Below, in pieces: positions 1-9,785 of a stretch of DNA of 64,000 nucleotides (position 1 is the stretch's first letter; every line of letters starts with the position of its first letter). The notes beneath the pieces are model-generated. The model had not been told where the DNA came from and did not search any database. It saw only the letters and a program-made list of their open reading frames with translations. Origin of the DNA: Nitrosopumilus sp. (GTDB lineage: Archaea > Thermoproteota > Nitrososphaeria > Nitrososphaerales > Nitrosopumilaceae); the NCBI GenBank assembly GCA_965218695.1, contig OZ244651.1, positions 320,001-384,000 on the forward strand, in the 5' to 3' direction. A program made the position numbers and the translations under genes.

Positions 1-1751
1 AACAGGTTGTATGTCTCAGGCTCCAGCGGACACTGGTCAAGCCCGTCTACGATGCCGTCATGATCCAAGTCGGCTGTCGGGTTGAATTCGTCAGGACAGC
101 CGTCAGTGTCCAAGAGACCGTTGAAGGTCTCAGGCTGGTTTGGACAAGAGTCTACAATGTCGATGATGCTGTCCCCGTCTGAATCAGCCACCACCGAACC
201 GTCTACAATGGCATCAGGGCATCCGTCCTCGTCTGCAATCCTATTGTAGGTCTCCCTGGAGTTTGGACACTGGTCAACATCGTTGTTTATCCCATCACGG
301 TCAGTATCACCTGTGGGACTGTATGTCACTGCATCAGGGCATCCGTCTTCATCCATGAATCCGTTGAATCGTTCTCCTATTGTCGGGCATAGATCATCGA
401 CATCTGGAATGCCGTCGTAGTCAGAGTCGGAAGGTGGAGGGGTTGAGATTCCGGAGACATCAGGACATCCGTCGTGATCAAGATAGTCGTTATAGTTTTC
501 AGGCATGTTCGGACATGCATCCCACCTGTCGTCTACTCCGTCAGCGTCAGCATCTGGGAATGTATAGCCGGTACCAAGATCGATTACAGCCATGTCAGGA
601 CATCCGTCAGAGTCCTGGAACAGGTTGTATGTCTCAGGCTCCAGCGGACACTGGTCAAGCCCGTCTACGATGCCGTCATGATCCAAGTCGGCTGTCGGAC
701 TGAATTCGTCAGGACAGCCGTCAGAGTCCAAGAAGCCGTTATAGACCTCCGGTTGGTTTGGGCAATAGTCCATGCGATCTATGATGCCGTCACCGTCAGA
801 GTCTGTCACCAGTTGGTGCTCCACTGCACTGTCAGGACAGCCGTCCTCATCTGCAATCTTGTTGTAGATCTCTGGGTGGAGGGGGCACTGGTCAAGGATA
901 TCTGAGATGCCGTCACCGTCACGGTCACGCTCAACATACAGGAGAACCTCGTCGGGACAGCCGTCGTCATCCTGGAATCCGTTATAGACCTCCCGCTCCA
1001 GTGGGCATGCGTCATCCGTGTCTAAAATATAGTCATAATCAGAATCTGCAGGTAATGGGTTGGAGATTCCCGGAACATCGGGACAGCCGTCCCAGTCAAG
1101 ATAGTTGTTGTAGTTTTCAGGCTCGTTCAGGCATGCATCCCGCCGGTCATCTATCCCGTCGGCATCAGCATCAGGGAATGCATAGCCTGCAAAGGGATCT
1201 ACTGCTACTGCATCAGGACATCCGTCTGCGTCTTGGAATCGGTTGTATGTCTCAGGTTCTGTGGGACACGAGTCTGAATTATCAGAGAGTCCGTCAGAGT
1301 CAGTATCAGTCAGGTTTGTATCATCGTCAGGACAGCCGTCAGTATCATCAAGGCCGTTGAATGTCTCAGGCAACGAGGGGCACAGATCCCGATAATCAGG
1401 ATAGCCGTCACCGTCAGAGTCCGGAATCGAGCTGCCGGTAATACCAATCAGATCAGGACAGCCGTCCTCGTCTGCAACCCGGTTGTAAGTCTCTTTTGTG
1501 GTGGGACAGTCATCAATGTGATCCTGTATCCCGTCAAAGTCAGCATCATACCATGGGACAAAGTCAGCAGGACATCCATCAATATTTTCACCATACTGTG
1601 GATCATAGTCCTCCTGGAGATTTGGGCACAGGTCTACGGAGTTTGGTACGCCGTCATCGTCAGAATCTGCATCTGCTGCATGCACATTAAGAGGCATCCC
1701 TATGGTTAACACAAGCAGGATCATGAATCCCATAATACAATATCTGTTCAT
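1..1751 (-). CDS. Secreted thrombospondin type 3 repeat protein (runs off the left edge of the window)
   Basis: Not in the ORF track because its stop is outside the window. Translated from ATG at 1751: MNRYCIMGFMILLVLTIGMPLNVHAADADSDDDGVPNSVDLCPNLQEDYDPQYGENIDGCPADFVPWYD..., i.e. signal peptide then DxDxDG..D.CP...E.YN...D.DGCPD repeats; N-terminus nearly identical to 2050..4215. Confidence 0.9.
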   Translation of the reverse strand, partial: MNRYCIMGFMILLVLTIGMPLNVHAADADSDDDGVPNSVDLCPNLQEDYDPQYGENIDGCPADFVPWYDADFDGIQDHIDDCPTTKETYNRVADEDGCPDLIGITGSSIPDSDGDGYPDYRDLCPSLPETFNGLDDTDGCPDDDTNLTDTDSDGLSDNSDSCPTEPETYNRFQDADGCPDAVAVDPFAGYAFPDADADGIDDRRDACLNEPENYNNYLDWDGCPDVPGISNPLPADSDYDYILDTDDACPLEREVYNGFQDDDGCPDEVLLYVERDRDGDGISDILDQCPLHPEIYNKIADEDGCPDSAVEHQLVTDSDGDGIIDRMDYCPNQPEVYNGFLDSDGCPDEFSPTADLDHDGIVDGLDQCPLEPETYNLFQDSDGCPDMAVIDLGTGYTFPDADADGVDDRWDACPNMPENYNDYLDHDGCPDVSGISTPPPSDSDYDGIPDVDDLCPTIGERFNGFMDEDGCPDAVTYSPTGDTDRDGINNDVDQCPNSRETYNRIADEDGCPDAIVDGSVVADSDGDSIIDIVDSCPNQPETFNGLLDTDGCPDEFNPTADLDHDGIVDGLDQCPLEPETYNL

Positions 1752-2049
1752 CTTTGCAATCTCAGATAGATTTTGGTATCTATTAAGTTTCACTAATGGG
1801 AATTCATCTCGTGATCGTGCCAAAAATATCACAGTAAGCGATGCACCACATGTCTAATAGAGGGGTTTGTATCTGTCAGGACATCTGCCTTCCATGAAGT
1901 TAAGAGTCATACGCACAGGACGACGGCCATGCCTGCAAAAAAGATTGGTTCCCGGATTCATGAGCGATTCTGTAGAGGCGGTATGCTATATCAAAGACTG
2001 ATGCAGGGAGATGAATCATTGGACAGTGCGATGGAATGATGATTATGCA

Positions 2050-4215
2050 CTATGGGTCATAACAGCCGTCTTCATCCATATAGCCATCATAATCCTCCTG
2101 CTCCATTGGACATGTATCCACGTCATTTATGATGCCGTCAAGATCGTCGTCATGGACGAACCTCTGCTGTTCTGGAGCCGTGTCAGGACATCCGTCGTAA
2201 TCTAGGTACTTGTTCCAAGTCTCAGGGCTTGTAGGGCAGCCGTCAATACTGTCAGGGTACCCGTCAGAGTCTGAATCAAGTACTATCGCTGCAACTGATT
2301 CTGCTCCCGGAGAGTCAGGGCAGCCGTCCCAGTCAAGATAGTCGTTGTAGTTTTCAGGCTCGGTTACGCAGGAGTCCCACCTGTCGTCTACCCCGTCGGC
2401 ATCAGCATCAGGGAAGGTAAACACGGACAGTACAATGTCCACCGAATCAGGACATCCGTCTGCATCCTGGAACTTGTTCCAAGTCTCGGGCATGAGAGGG
2501 CAGGTATCTAGATCATCAGGAATTCCGTCACGATCAACATCAGAGGATGACCGCGTACTGTCAGGGCAGCCGTCCCAGTCTGCCAGGCCGTTGTATGTCT
2601 CAGGCTGGGTGGGGCACAGGTCCAGCGTGTCAACCAGTCCGTCGCCGTCAGAGTCAGCAGCAATTCGGTTGTTGGCTATGTAGTCGGGGCAGCCGTCGTC
2701 ATCCATGAACCGGTTGTAGTTCTCTGGGATGTCTGGGCATTGATCCACATCATCATATATTCCGTCGCCGTCAGAGTCGATTACAGTCACATACACTATG
2801 CTGTCAGGGCAGCCGTCGTCGTCTTGGAATCCGTTGTATCGCTCGGCCAAATCAGGACACTCGTCCATAAGATCCGGCACCCCGTCAAAGTCAGCATCCA
2901 TTGTGGTCAGGTATGCAGTTCCAGGAACGTCAGGGCAGCCGTCCCAGTCAAGATAGTCGTTGTAGTTTTCAGGCTCGGTTACGCAGGAGTCCCACCTGTC
3001 GTCTACCCCGTCGGCATCAGCATCAGGGAAGGTAAACACGGACAGTATAATGTCCACCGAATCAGGACATCCGTCTGCATCCTGGAACCTGTTGTATACC
3101 TCAGGTTCCATTGGACAGGTGTCTGTCCCGTCAGAAATTCCATCATTGTCAGTATCGACGTGATCCGATACGTTGTCGGGGCAGCCGTCTAGATCATCAA
3201 TGCCGTTGAAGGTCTCAGGATCCAAGGGACACCTGTCGATCTGATCGATGAATCCGTCGCCGTCAGAGTCGCTGGCAGTCGTGTTGTCTACAACTGCATC
3301 AGGGCAGCCGTCGTCGTCTGCAATCCTGTTGTATGTCTCAGGTTGGAACGGACAGGAGTCGTCAGGATCCAGAATGTTGTCGCCATCAACATCACCGACA
3401 ACCGTAAACGCCAGTTCATCGGGGCAGCCGTCGTCGTCTTGGAACTTGTTAAAGTTCTCCCGTTCCAGAGGACAGGCATCAAGGTAATCAGGAATACTGT
3501 CAAAGTCGGTATCAGGTACCATGAGGGATTCGGCACCAGGGGAGTCAGGGCAGCCGTCCCAGTCAAGATAGTCGTTGTAGTTTTCAGGCTCGTTTACGCA
3601 GGAATCCCACCTGTCGTCCATCCCGTCGCCGTCAGAGTCCGGAAGAGAGTAGGTAAATGCCTCAACAGGTATCTGGTCAGGACATCCGTCTGTATCCATG
3701 AACCTGTTGTATGTCTCAGGCTCGGTAGGACAGCCGTCTGTGAGGTCGGAGAGTCCGTCAGAGTCTGTGTCATTCAGGGACGTGTCATCGTCAGGGCATC
3801 CGTCCCTGTCATCAATACCGTTGAAGGTCTCAGGCAATGTTGGGCACAGGTCCAGATAGTCCGGATAGCCGTCGCCGTCAGAGTCCGGAATCGAGACGCC
3901 GGTAACGCCAACCAGATCAGGACAACCGTCGTCGTCTGCAACCCGGTTGTAAGTCTCCTTTGTGGTGGGACAGTCATCAATGTGATCCTGTATTCCGTCA
4001 AAGTCATTGTCATACCACGGAACAAAGTCTGCAGGACAACCGTCTATGTTCTCGCCATACTGTGGATCATAGTCCTCCTGGAGATTGGGACACAGGTCAA
4101 CAGAGTTGGGAACACCATCATCATCAGAGTCGTTGTCAACTGCATGAGCGCCAGAAAGCATTCCAGCTGCGGATACAAACAAGAGTAGAAACCCTAGATG
4201 ATGCATTCCTTTCAT
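2050..4215 (-). CDS. Secreted thrombospondin type 3 (Ca-binding) repeat protein, 721 aa, about 17 repeat units
   Basis: Hydrophobic signal peptide followed by DxDxDGxxDxxDxCP...DGCPD repeats. Confidence 0.92.
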   Translation of the reverse strand: MKGMHHLGFLLLFVSAAGMLSGAHAVDNDSDDDGVPNSVDLCPNLQEDYDPQYGENIDGCPADFVPWYDNDFDGIQDHIDDCPTTKETYNRVADDDGCPDLVGVTGVSIPDSDGDGYPDYLDLCPTLPETFNGIDDRDGCPDDDTSLNDTDSDGLSDLTDGCPTEPETYNRFMDTDGCPDQIPVEAFTYSLPDSDGDGMDDRWDSCVNEPENYNDYLDWDGCPDSPGAESLMVPDTDFDSIPDYLDACPLERENFNKFQDDDGCPDELAFTVVGDVDGDNILDPDDSCPFQPETYNRIADDDGCPDAVVDNTTASDSDGDGFIDQIDRCPLDPETFNGIDDLDGCPDNVSDHVDTDNDGISDGTDTCPMEPEVYNRFQDADGCPDSVDIILSVFTFPDADADGVDDRWDSCVTEPENYNDYLDWDGCPDVPGTAYLTTMDADFDGVPDLMDECPDLAERYNGFQDDDGCPDSIVYVTVIDSDGDGIYDDVDQCPDIPENYNRFMDDDGCPDYIANNRIAADSDGDGLVDTLDLCPTQPETYNGLADWDGCPDSTRSSSDVDRDGIPDDLDTCPLMPETWNKFQDADGCPDSVDIVLSVFTFPDADADGVDDRWDSCVTEPENYNDYLDWDGCPDSPGAESVAAIVLDSDSDGYPDSIDGCPTSPETWNKYLDYDGCPDTAPEQQRFVHDDDLDGIINDVDTCPMEQEDYDGYMDEDGCYDP
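2314..3088. repeat. 160-bp near-identical direct repeat inside a TSP3 gene (2314-2473 and 2929-3088, 615 bp apart)
   Basis: Direct comparison shows one mismatch (tacaatg vs tataatg). Confidence 0.9.
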
Positions 4216-4227
4216 GCCAACAGGCTC

Positions 4228-6666
4228 CTATGCATCGGGGCAGCCGTCGCCATCAGAATTACCATCATAGTCTTCAGGTTCGAAAGGACACGCATCATTC
4301 TCGTTTATAATGTTGTCTAGATCGTGATCATGCTTGTAGCGGGACTGCTCGGGAATGATGTCAGGACATCCGTCATCGTCGTTGTACTTGTTCCAGTTCT
4401 CTGCAAGGCCTGGACACTGGTCAACATCATCAGGAAGACCGTCGTTGTCGCTGTCAGGAGTGCGCTCGAATACAGGCAACACGTCAGGGCATCCGTCATA
4501 GTCTACATACCTATTCCAGACCTCTGCCGTGTCAGGACACAGATCCATCACGTCTGCAACCCCGTCGCCGTCAGTATCAACCTGGGTGTCGTCCACGTCG
4601 GGGCATCCGTCGGCATCCTCATACCCGTTGAAGTTCTCTGCAACCAGTGGGCAGGCATCGTCTGCATCATAAAGTCCATCGTTATCAGAGTCGACAGTCA
4701 TGGACTCGACTATAAAGTCTGGACAGCCGTCAGTATCCTGATGGCGGTTCCACGTCTCAGGCGAGGTTGGACATGCGTCGATTCCGTCATGGATTCCATC
4801 ATTGTCCCGGTCAATTGATATGCTGTAATCGTCAGGGCAACCGTCCCTGTCAAGGACGCCGTTGAACGTCTCAGGCTGGTTCGGGCAGTGGTCCACATAG
4901 TCGTTGAGTCCGTCCCCGTCAGAGTCTGGTATTGGAGAAAAGTCCGGTACATAGTCTGGACATCCGTCCTCATCATTGAATCTGTTGTATATCTCTGGAA
5001 TCAGTTTGCATTGATCCACATCATCTGTGATTCCGTCAAAGTCCAGATCAGCTATCAGGGTGGTCTCAAGCTGGTCGGGGCAGCCATCATCATCTTCAAA
5101 TCCATTATAGGTCTCCCTGGCCAGCGGACACTGATCCAGCTCGTCCAGGATTCCATCATAATCAGAGTCAGATATTACGGGGTCGTCCGGACAGCCGTCA
5201 TGATCCAGATATCGGTTCCATGTCTCGGCTGTGTCAGGACACTGATCCTGTGAGTCCCGGACTCCGTCCCCGTCAGAGTCGGGCACCTCTTCATCAGGGC
5301 ATCCGTCGGCATCCTGATACCCGTTGAATATTTCTGACTGTAACGGACAGCTGTCCCTAAGGTCTACGATGCCGTCCCCGTCATAGTCAAGCGCCAAGAA
5401 TCCGGATGTGCTGTCAGGGCAGCCGTCCGTATCCTGGAAGTTGTTCCATATCTCCTGGACAAATGGACATGCATCCAGATCGTCAGGAACGCCGTCCAGA
5501 TCACGATCAGAGGTCGTAATAGAGTCAGGGCAGCCGTCTATATCAAACAGGCCGTTAAATATCTCAGGCTGGCTGGGACACAGATCCACGTAATCATTTA
5601 TCCCGTCCCCGTCAGAGTCTGGAATTCCTTTGTTGTCTGACTTGGAGTCAGGACAGCCGTCATTATCCTGGAATTGGTTGTAGGTTTCTGCGTTCTCCGG
5701 ACACTGGTCAAGGCTGTTGATGATTCCGTCAAAGTCAGAATCCTGTGCTGAGGTGTATGGTGGTATGTCAGGACAGCCGTCATCATCCATGAACTGGTTG
5801 TATCTTTCAGGTGCGTTCAGGCACTGATCTATATCATCAGGTATCTGATCGTGGTCTGCATCATCAGGGGCGCTTATGAAATGCGGAACAGAGTCGGGGC
5901 ATCCGTCATAGTCAGCAAACCTGTTGACAGTCTCGGGGTTTGAAGGACAGTTGTCAAACTGGTCGGCAATGCCGTCACCGTCAGCATCATCAGCAGATAC
6001 TTCGCGTACCACGTCGGCACATCCATCCACATCGCGATAGCCGTTGTATACCTCCGGTTCTTCAGGACACAGATCCAGGCGATCCTCGATTCCGTCGTTA
6101 TCAGTATCAGTAAAGGTGGTGTCAGCAGTAGAGTCAGGACAGCCGTCCTCATCTTGGAACCGGTTGTAGTTTTCTGCACTCAGCCGGCACTGGTCCAGGA
6201 TATCGTTAATACCGTCCCTGTCACGATCACCGCTGCTAAACGAGTCAGGACATCCGTCCCGGTCATCTACTCCGTTGAATGTCTCAGGCTGGTTCGGGCA
6301 CAGATCATTCCTGTCTGCAAAGCCATCATTATCAGAATCGTCTATGTTGCTGCCTGTATTCACTGGAGGGATGTCAGGACAGCCGTCCTCATCCTCGTAT
6401 CCGTTATAGTTCTCCCTGACGCTGGGACACATGTCGATATGATCCTCTACTGCGTCATAGTCCTCATCATACCATGGAACAAAGTTGGACGGACAGCCGT
6501 CCTCTGCACCCTCATAATCCTCCTGCAGGTTTGGGCACAGATCCACTACGTCAGATATTCCGTCATTATCCAGATCATCATCAGCAAAGATCGGACTGAA
6601 CGGCATGCTAGTCAATACTGCAACAAGTAATAGTAGAAATGAAATATTGTGTGTTTTTACCAACAC
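4228..6666 (-). CDS. Secreted thrombospondin type 3 repeat protein, 812 aa
   Basis: Signal peptide plus about 20 DxDxDG..D.CP..DGCPD units; ends 12 bp upstream of the next paralog. Confidence 0.92.
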   Translation of the reverse strand: MLVKTHNISFLLLLVAVLTSMPFSPIFADDDLDNDGISDVVDLCPNLQEDYEGAEDGCPSNFVPWYDEDYDAVEDHIDMCPSVRENYNGYEDEDGCPDIPPVNTGSNIDDSDNDGFADRNDLCPNQPETFNGVDDRDGCPDSFSSGDRDRDGINDILDQCRLSAENYNRFQDEDGCPDSTADTTFTDTDNDGIEDRLDLCPEEPEVYNGYRDVDGCADVVREVSADDADGDGIADQFDNCPSNPETVNRFADYDGCPDSVPHFISAPDDADHDQIPDDIDQCLNAPERYNQFMDDDGCPDIPPYTSAQDSDFDGIINSLDQCPENAETYNQFQDNDGCPDSKSDNKGIPDSDGDGINDYVDLCPSQPEIFNGLFDIDGCPDSITTSDRDLDGVPDDLDACPFVQEIWNNFQDTDGCPDSTSGFLALDYDGDGIVDLRDSCPLQSEIFNGYQDADGCPDEEVPDSDGDGVRDSQDQCPDTAETWNRYLDHDGCPDDPVISDSDYDGILDELDQCPLARETYNGFEDDDGCPDQLETTLIADLDFDGITDDVDQCKLIPEIYNRFNDEDGCPDYVPDFSPIPDSDGDGLNDYVDHCPNQPETFNGVLDRDGCPDDYSISIDRDNDGIHDGIDACPTSPETWNRHQDTDGCPDFIVESMTVDSDNDGLYDADDACPLVAENFNGYEDADGCPDVDDTQVDTDGDGVADVMDLCPDTAEVWNRYVDYDGCPDVLPVFERTPDSDNDGLPDDVDQCPGLAENWNKYNDDDGCPDIIPEQSRYKHDHDLDNIINENDACPFEPEDYDGNSDGDGCPDA

Positions 6667-6826
6667 AAAAGGTTTCTAAGATCCAGTAATTAAACCTCAC
6701 TGTAAGAGACTGAGCCCAGATTGGATTCGGGCACAAAATCAGACGTCATTATCCATGCCATGCATGAATGAACGGCAGCAGAAAAGGCCGGAACCACGTC
6801 CGGCGGGATCGGCGCCCGGCCCCCAC

Positions 6827-7282
6827 TCAGGCGATCCACTGACTAAACGAAAAGTACCTGTCATGGTATTTCATCAAATACCCTGGAACGCTCTCCCTCA
6901 ACCAGTCTCCGTGAAGTTCTGTCTGTATGGTCGACATGCTGATTCGCACGCGAATGTTGCCGTCAGAGTCGTTTATCCAGTAGGAGTTCAGCTCCCAGTC
7001 AAACAGCACAAAGCCGTCGTCCTCAGGCGGAAAGTCTTGTGCCAGCGCAACGTCCAGCATCCCCTTGATCCTGGGAACGTCTGCGAGATCCTCGTCAGAT
7101 ATCTCGGTTACCGACATGTACTGGTTGCCATCGATTATCTTGTCAGGATCGGTTTCCTCATAGTACGTGAGGCTGATTCCTTCCACGTACGGCGAGTAGC
7201 CGTTTGCAACAACGTACAGGTAGAACAGTCCCGCCGCCAGAACGAGGATGACGGGAACCAGGATCTTGGTTCTGGCCCTCAC
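6827..7282 (-). CDS. Hypothetical membrane-anchored protein
   Basis: N-terminal hydrophobic helix; GTGA overlap with the upstream ORF. Confidence 0.65.
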   Translation of the reverse strand: MRARTKILVPVILVLAAGLFYLYVVANGYSPYVEGISLTYYEETDPDKIIDGNQYMSVTEISDEDLADVPRIKGMLDVALAQDFPPEDDGFVLFDWELNSYWINDSDGNIRVRISMSTIQTELHGDWLRESVPGYLMKYHDRYFSFSQWIA

Positions 7283-7719
7283 TTTTCCCTCCTCCTGACC
7301 GCGAGCATGACTGCCAGGCCTGCTGCTGCTGCTGCCGGACCAGCCAAAATCATGATTTCCAGATAGCGCTGCGGTGAACTTTCCAGGAATGTAGCGTCGT
7401 ATGCAAACTGGCTTTGAATTTCACCGGTGGCGCGGTAGTAGGAGTAGACGTTGTGGTTCTCTTGCGCCCCTGCCCATTCCCCAAGAACCCCGTCCTCCAG
7501 CGCCTGATTCATTTCAATCCTTTTGCCTTCCATGAATTCTGCGCCCTTGTGGTCGTAGTATGGAGCCCATGCCGACCTGTACTCTTGCTCGCTTACCGGA
7601 TCCATGTCAAAGCACGGCGCGTCAGGCCAGTCCTCGTTGATGACGCATATCGAAAACCCTTGCGGAGCGACTAGGGGAATGGCCAGCATCACGGCCATCG
7701 CCAAAAATTCCGCCTTCAT
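7279..7719 (-). CDS. Hypothetical secreted protein with C-terminal membrane anchor
   Basis: Likely start MKAEFLAM at 7719 (signal peptide), CVINEDWPDAPC motif, C-terminal TM helix plus RRREK tail; the track extension to 7953 runs into an IS remnant. Confidence 0.7.
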   Translation of the reverse strand: MKAEFLAMAVMLAIPLVAPQGFSICVINEDWPDAPCFDMDPVSEQEYRSAWAPYYDHKGAEFMEGKRIEMNQALEDGVLGEWAGAQENHNVYSYYRATGEIQSQFAYDATFLESSPQRYLEIMILAGPAAAAAGLAVMLAVRRREK

Positions 7720-7857
7720 CCCTTTTCTGCACATGTTGCGGAAATAAATTATTCCACTGGCAGTCCCGCGACATCTTCCTAAATCCGACATAATGTTGAT
7801 GGTAATTGGGTTGTTAACCATTTGTTCACTGCCGGTTTTGGACGATCCGCGCAAATA

Positions 7858-8190
7858 GGGGTTGTCGCATAAATCAGGCAAATCATAATCTGTCTTGTCC
7901 TTGGGTTCCGTCTGACGTGGACTAGGCATTCGTTGTGGCTTTTTTCGTGTCATGCATAGACTACCTTGACTCCCAGATCTGCGGTATGCTCCAGCCTGTT
8001 GAGGACCCCAATGTTCCAGCCTATCGCCTTTAGCAGCCCGAACCTTCTCTGGTTCACGCCCTTGCGGAACCTGCAGTACAGCTGGTGGTGTTCTGTCTAC
8101 TCGGCTCCGAATATTCCCTCGATCATCCAGCGCTGTCTAGAGGATGGCATCGAACAGTCTGCTGCCTCTTTCCGATGCCTTTTGCCCTTC
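7858..8190 (-). pseudogene. Degenerate IS5-family (IS903-like) transposase C-terminal remnant with one terminal repeat
   Basis: Minus strand reads RQRWMIEGIFGAE*TEHHQLYCRFRKGVNQRRFGLLKAIGWNIGVLNR (broken YxxRxxxE DDE signature, internal stop); GGGGTTGTCGCATAAATC at 7858-7875 resembles IS903-group TIRs. Confidence 0.6.
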
Positions 8191-8242
8191 CCCCCCCAAG
8201 ATCCCGATCAATTTAAGTAAACCAACACAGAGAACGGGGACG

Positions 8243-9268
8243 ATGAGCTGTTCTGGAGAGACTGTTACAGAAGACGGGCTGATTCAGATCAGGCCTGCGG
8301 TATCTGCGCAGCTAAAAAAGGCAAAGTACGGCGTGGCAGACCACTCCACAGTGGAGCTGTGCCACTGGACAAAAAAATCATTCAAGCACGAGGGCAACTG
8401 CTACAAGCACAAGTTCTATGGAATCTCTACGCACAGGTGTATGGAGTTTTCCCCTGCAGGGATGCACTGTGAGAACCGCTGTGTCTACTGCTGGAGGCCC
8501 ATGGAGTTTTATGACTCCATGGAGATGAACCCCGAACAGGTGGCACCGCCTGAGGAGGTACTGACAAAACTGATGGCCGAGAGGAAGAGGCTTATCAACG
8601 GATACTATGGGGATTCCAGAAACGACAAACAGAGGCTTGACGAGTCGCTCCTGCCCAGCCACTATGCCATCTCGCTTTCAGGAGAGCCCACCATGTATCC
8701 CAGACTGCCGGAGCTTATCAGGTATCTCAACTCCATGGAGGCTACAAAGTCAGTCTTTCTTGTAACCAACGGCCAGGAGCCGGAGATGGTTCAGAGGCTA
8801 CAGGACGAGGACGCACTGCCTACACAGCTTTACCTGTCTACAAACGCAGCAGACTATGACTCTTTCATCAGGATAAACAAGCCAAGGTATGACGACTCGT
8901 GGGAGAGATGGAACAGTACCCTTGACATGCTAAGGCACCTTGATACCAGGACCGTCCTTAGGGTTACGCTGATCCGCGGGTATAACGATCACCAGGACAT
9001 GATCAAGCCGTTTGCAGAGATGTTCAGACGGTCAAGCCCCCATTTCATAGAGATAAAATCATACATGCACATAGGCCGTTCTACAAACAGGCTGGAGCAT
9101 TCAGACATGCTGGACATGCAGGAGGTCAGGGATTTCAGCAACATGGCTGCAGAACAGAGCGGGATCTTTTCAGTTATGGACGAAAGCTATGTCTCAAGAA
9201 TATCCGTCCTGCAGAACAACAGCCGTCCCATTGACCGGTTTATACGCGCCTATTCAGATACCACCTAG
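8243..9268 (+). CDS. taw1: 4-demethylwyosine synthase (radical SAM, TYW1/Taw1)
   Basis: CHWTK...CYKHKFYGISTHRC and CENRCVYCWRP motifs, SLSGEPT; start set at MSCSGE. Confidence 0.93.
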   Translation: MSCSGETVTEDGLIQIRPAVSAQLKKAKYGVADHSTVELCHWTKKSFKHEGNCYKHKFYGISTHRCMEFSPAGMHCENRCVYCWRPMEFYDSMEMNPEQVAPPEEVLTKLMAERKRLINGYYGDSRNDKQRLDESLLPSHYAISLSGEPTMYPRLPELIRYLNSMEATKSVFLVTNGQEPEMVQRLQDEDALPTQLYLSTNAADYDSFIRINKPRYDDSWERWNSTLDMLRHLDTRTVLRVTLIRGYNDHQDMIKPFAEMFRRSSPHFIEIKSYMHIGRSTNRLEHSDMLDMQEVRDFSNMAAEQSGIFSVMDESYVSRISVLQNNSRPIDRFIRAYSDTT

Positions 9269-9785
9269 AAAAGACCTCCAGGGAGCGATGCCTGTGGGAT
9301 ATTTCGTCCTTGACATCCATCTCGGCAAACGTCTGTTCTGATCCATCAGGTATGAAGACAGGGTCGTACCCCCAGCCGGCTCCCCTAGCGGACTCGGATA
9401 TGGTACCGCATATCCTGCCTTCAAACGACTTTAGGGCATCTCCGTCACAGTATACGACGACTGAGACAAACCTTGCCGTCCTGTCCTGCCCGGTCAGATT
9501 AATTATTCCCCTGCATCCGATGGTTCCAAGCACGTACGAGGAGTACGGTCCGGGGAATCCCTGCAGGGAGTCTATGAATAGCCCTGCATCCTCTACCAGT
9601 ACGGGCCTTGCAAACTCCGAGAATGCCTCCCTGGCCTTGGCCGATGCGATGATCTCCAGGGAGTCAGACTGGATCTCTGGGAGATCATGCCTGAGAAATT
9701 CAATGCTTACTCCAAGGGATTCCAGTATCGTCTGCGCCTCCCGGTACTTGTTCTGGTTTGATGAGACAAAGGCAAGATCAGACAA
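9240..9785 (-). CDS. rdgB: Non-canonical purine NTP pyrophosphatase (RdgB/HAM1)
   Basis: SSNQNK, EDAGL, GFPGPYS, GWGYDPVF, SHR motifs; start uncertain (TTG 9785 or 9812). Confidence 0.92.
   Translation of the reverse strand: MSDLAFVSSNQNKYREAQTILESLGVSIEFLRHDLPEIQSDSLEIIASAKAREAFSEFARPVLVEDAGLFIDSLQGFPGPYSSYVLGTIGCRGIINLTGQDRTARFVSVVVYCDGDALKSFEGRICGTISESARGAGWGYDPVFIPDGSEQTFAEMDVKDEISHRHRSLEVFSRWYLNRRV

Noticed and set aside
1-6666. Regularly spaced cagccgtc/catccgtc motifs resembling a CRISPR array, and many plus-strand ORFs
   Set aside because: The repeats are degenerate codons of DGCPD protein units on the minus strand; the plus-strand ORFs are antisense shadows
7720-7953. N-terminal 78 aa of the 224-aa ORF in the track
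   Set aside because: Overlaps an IS remnant and its TIR; the signal peptide begins at 7719
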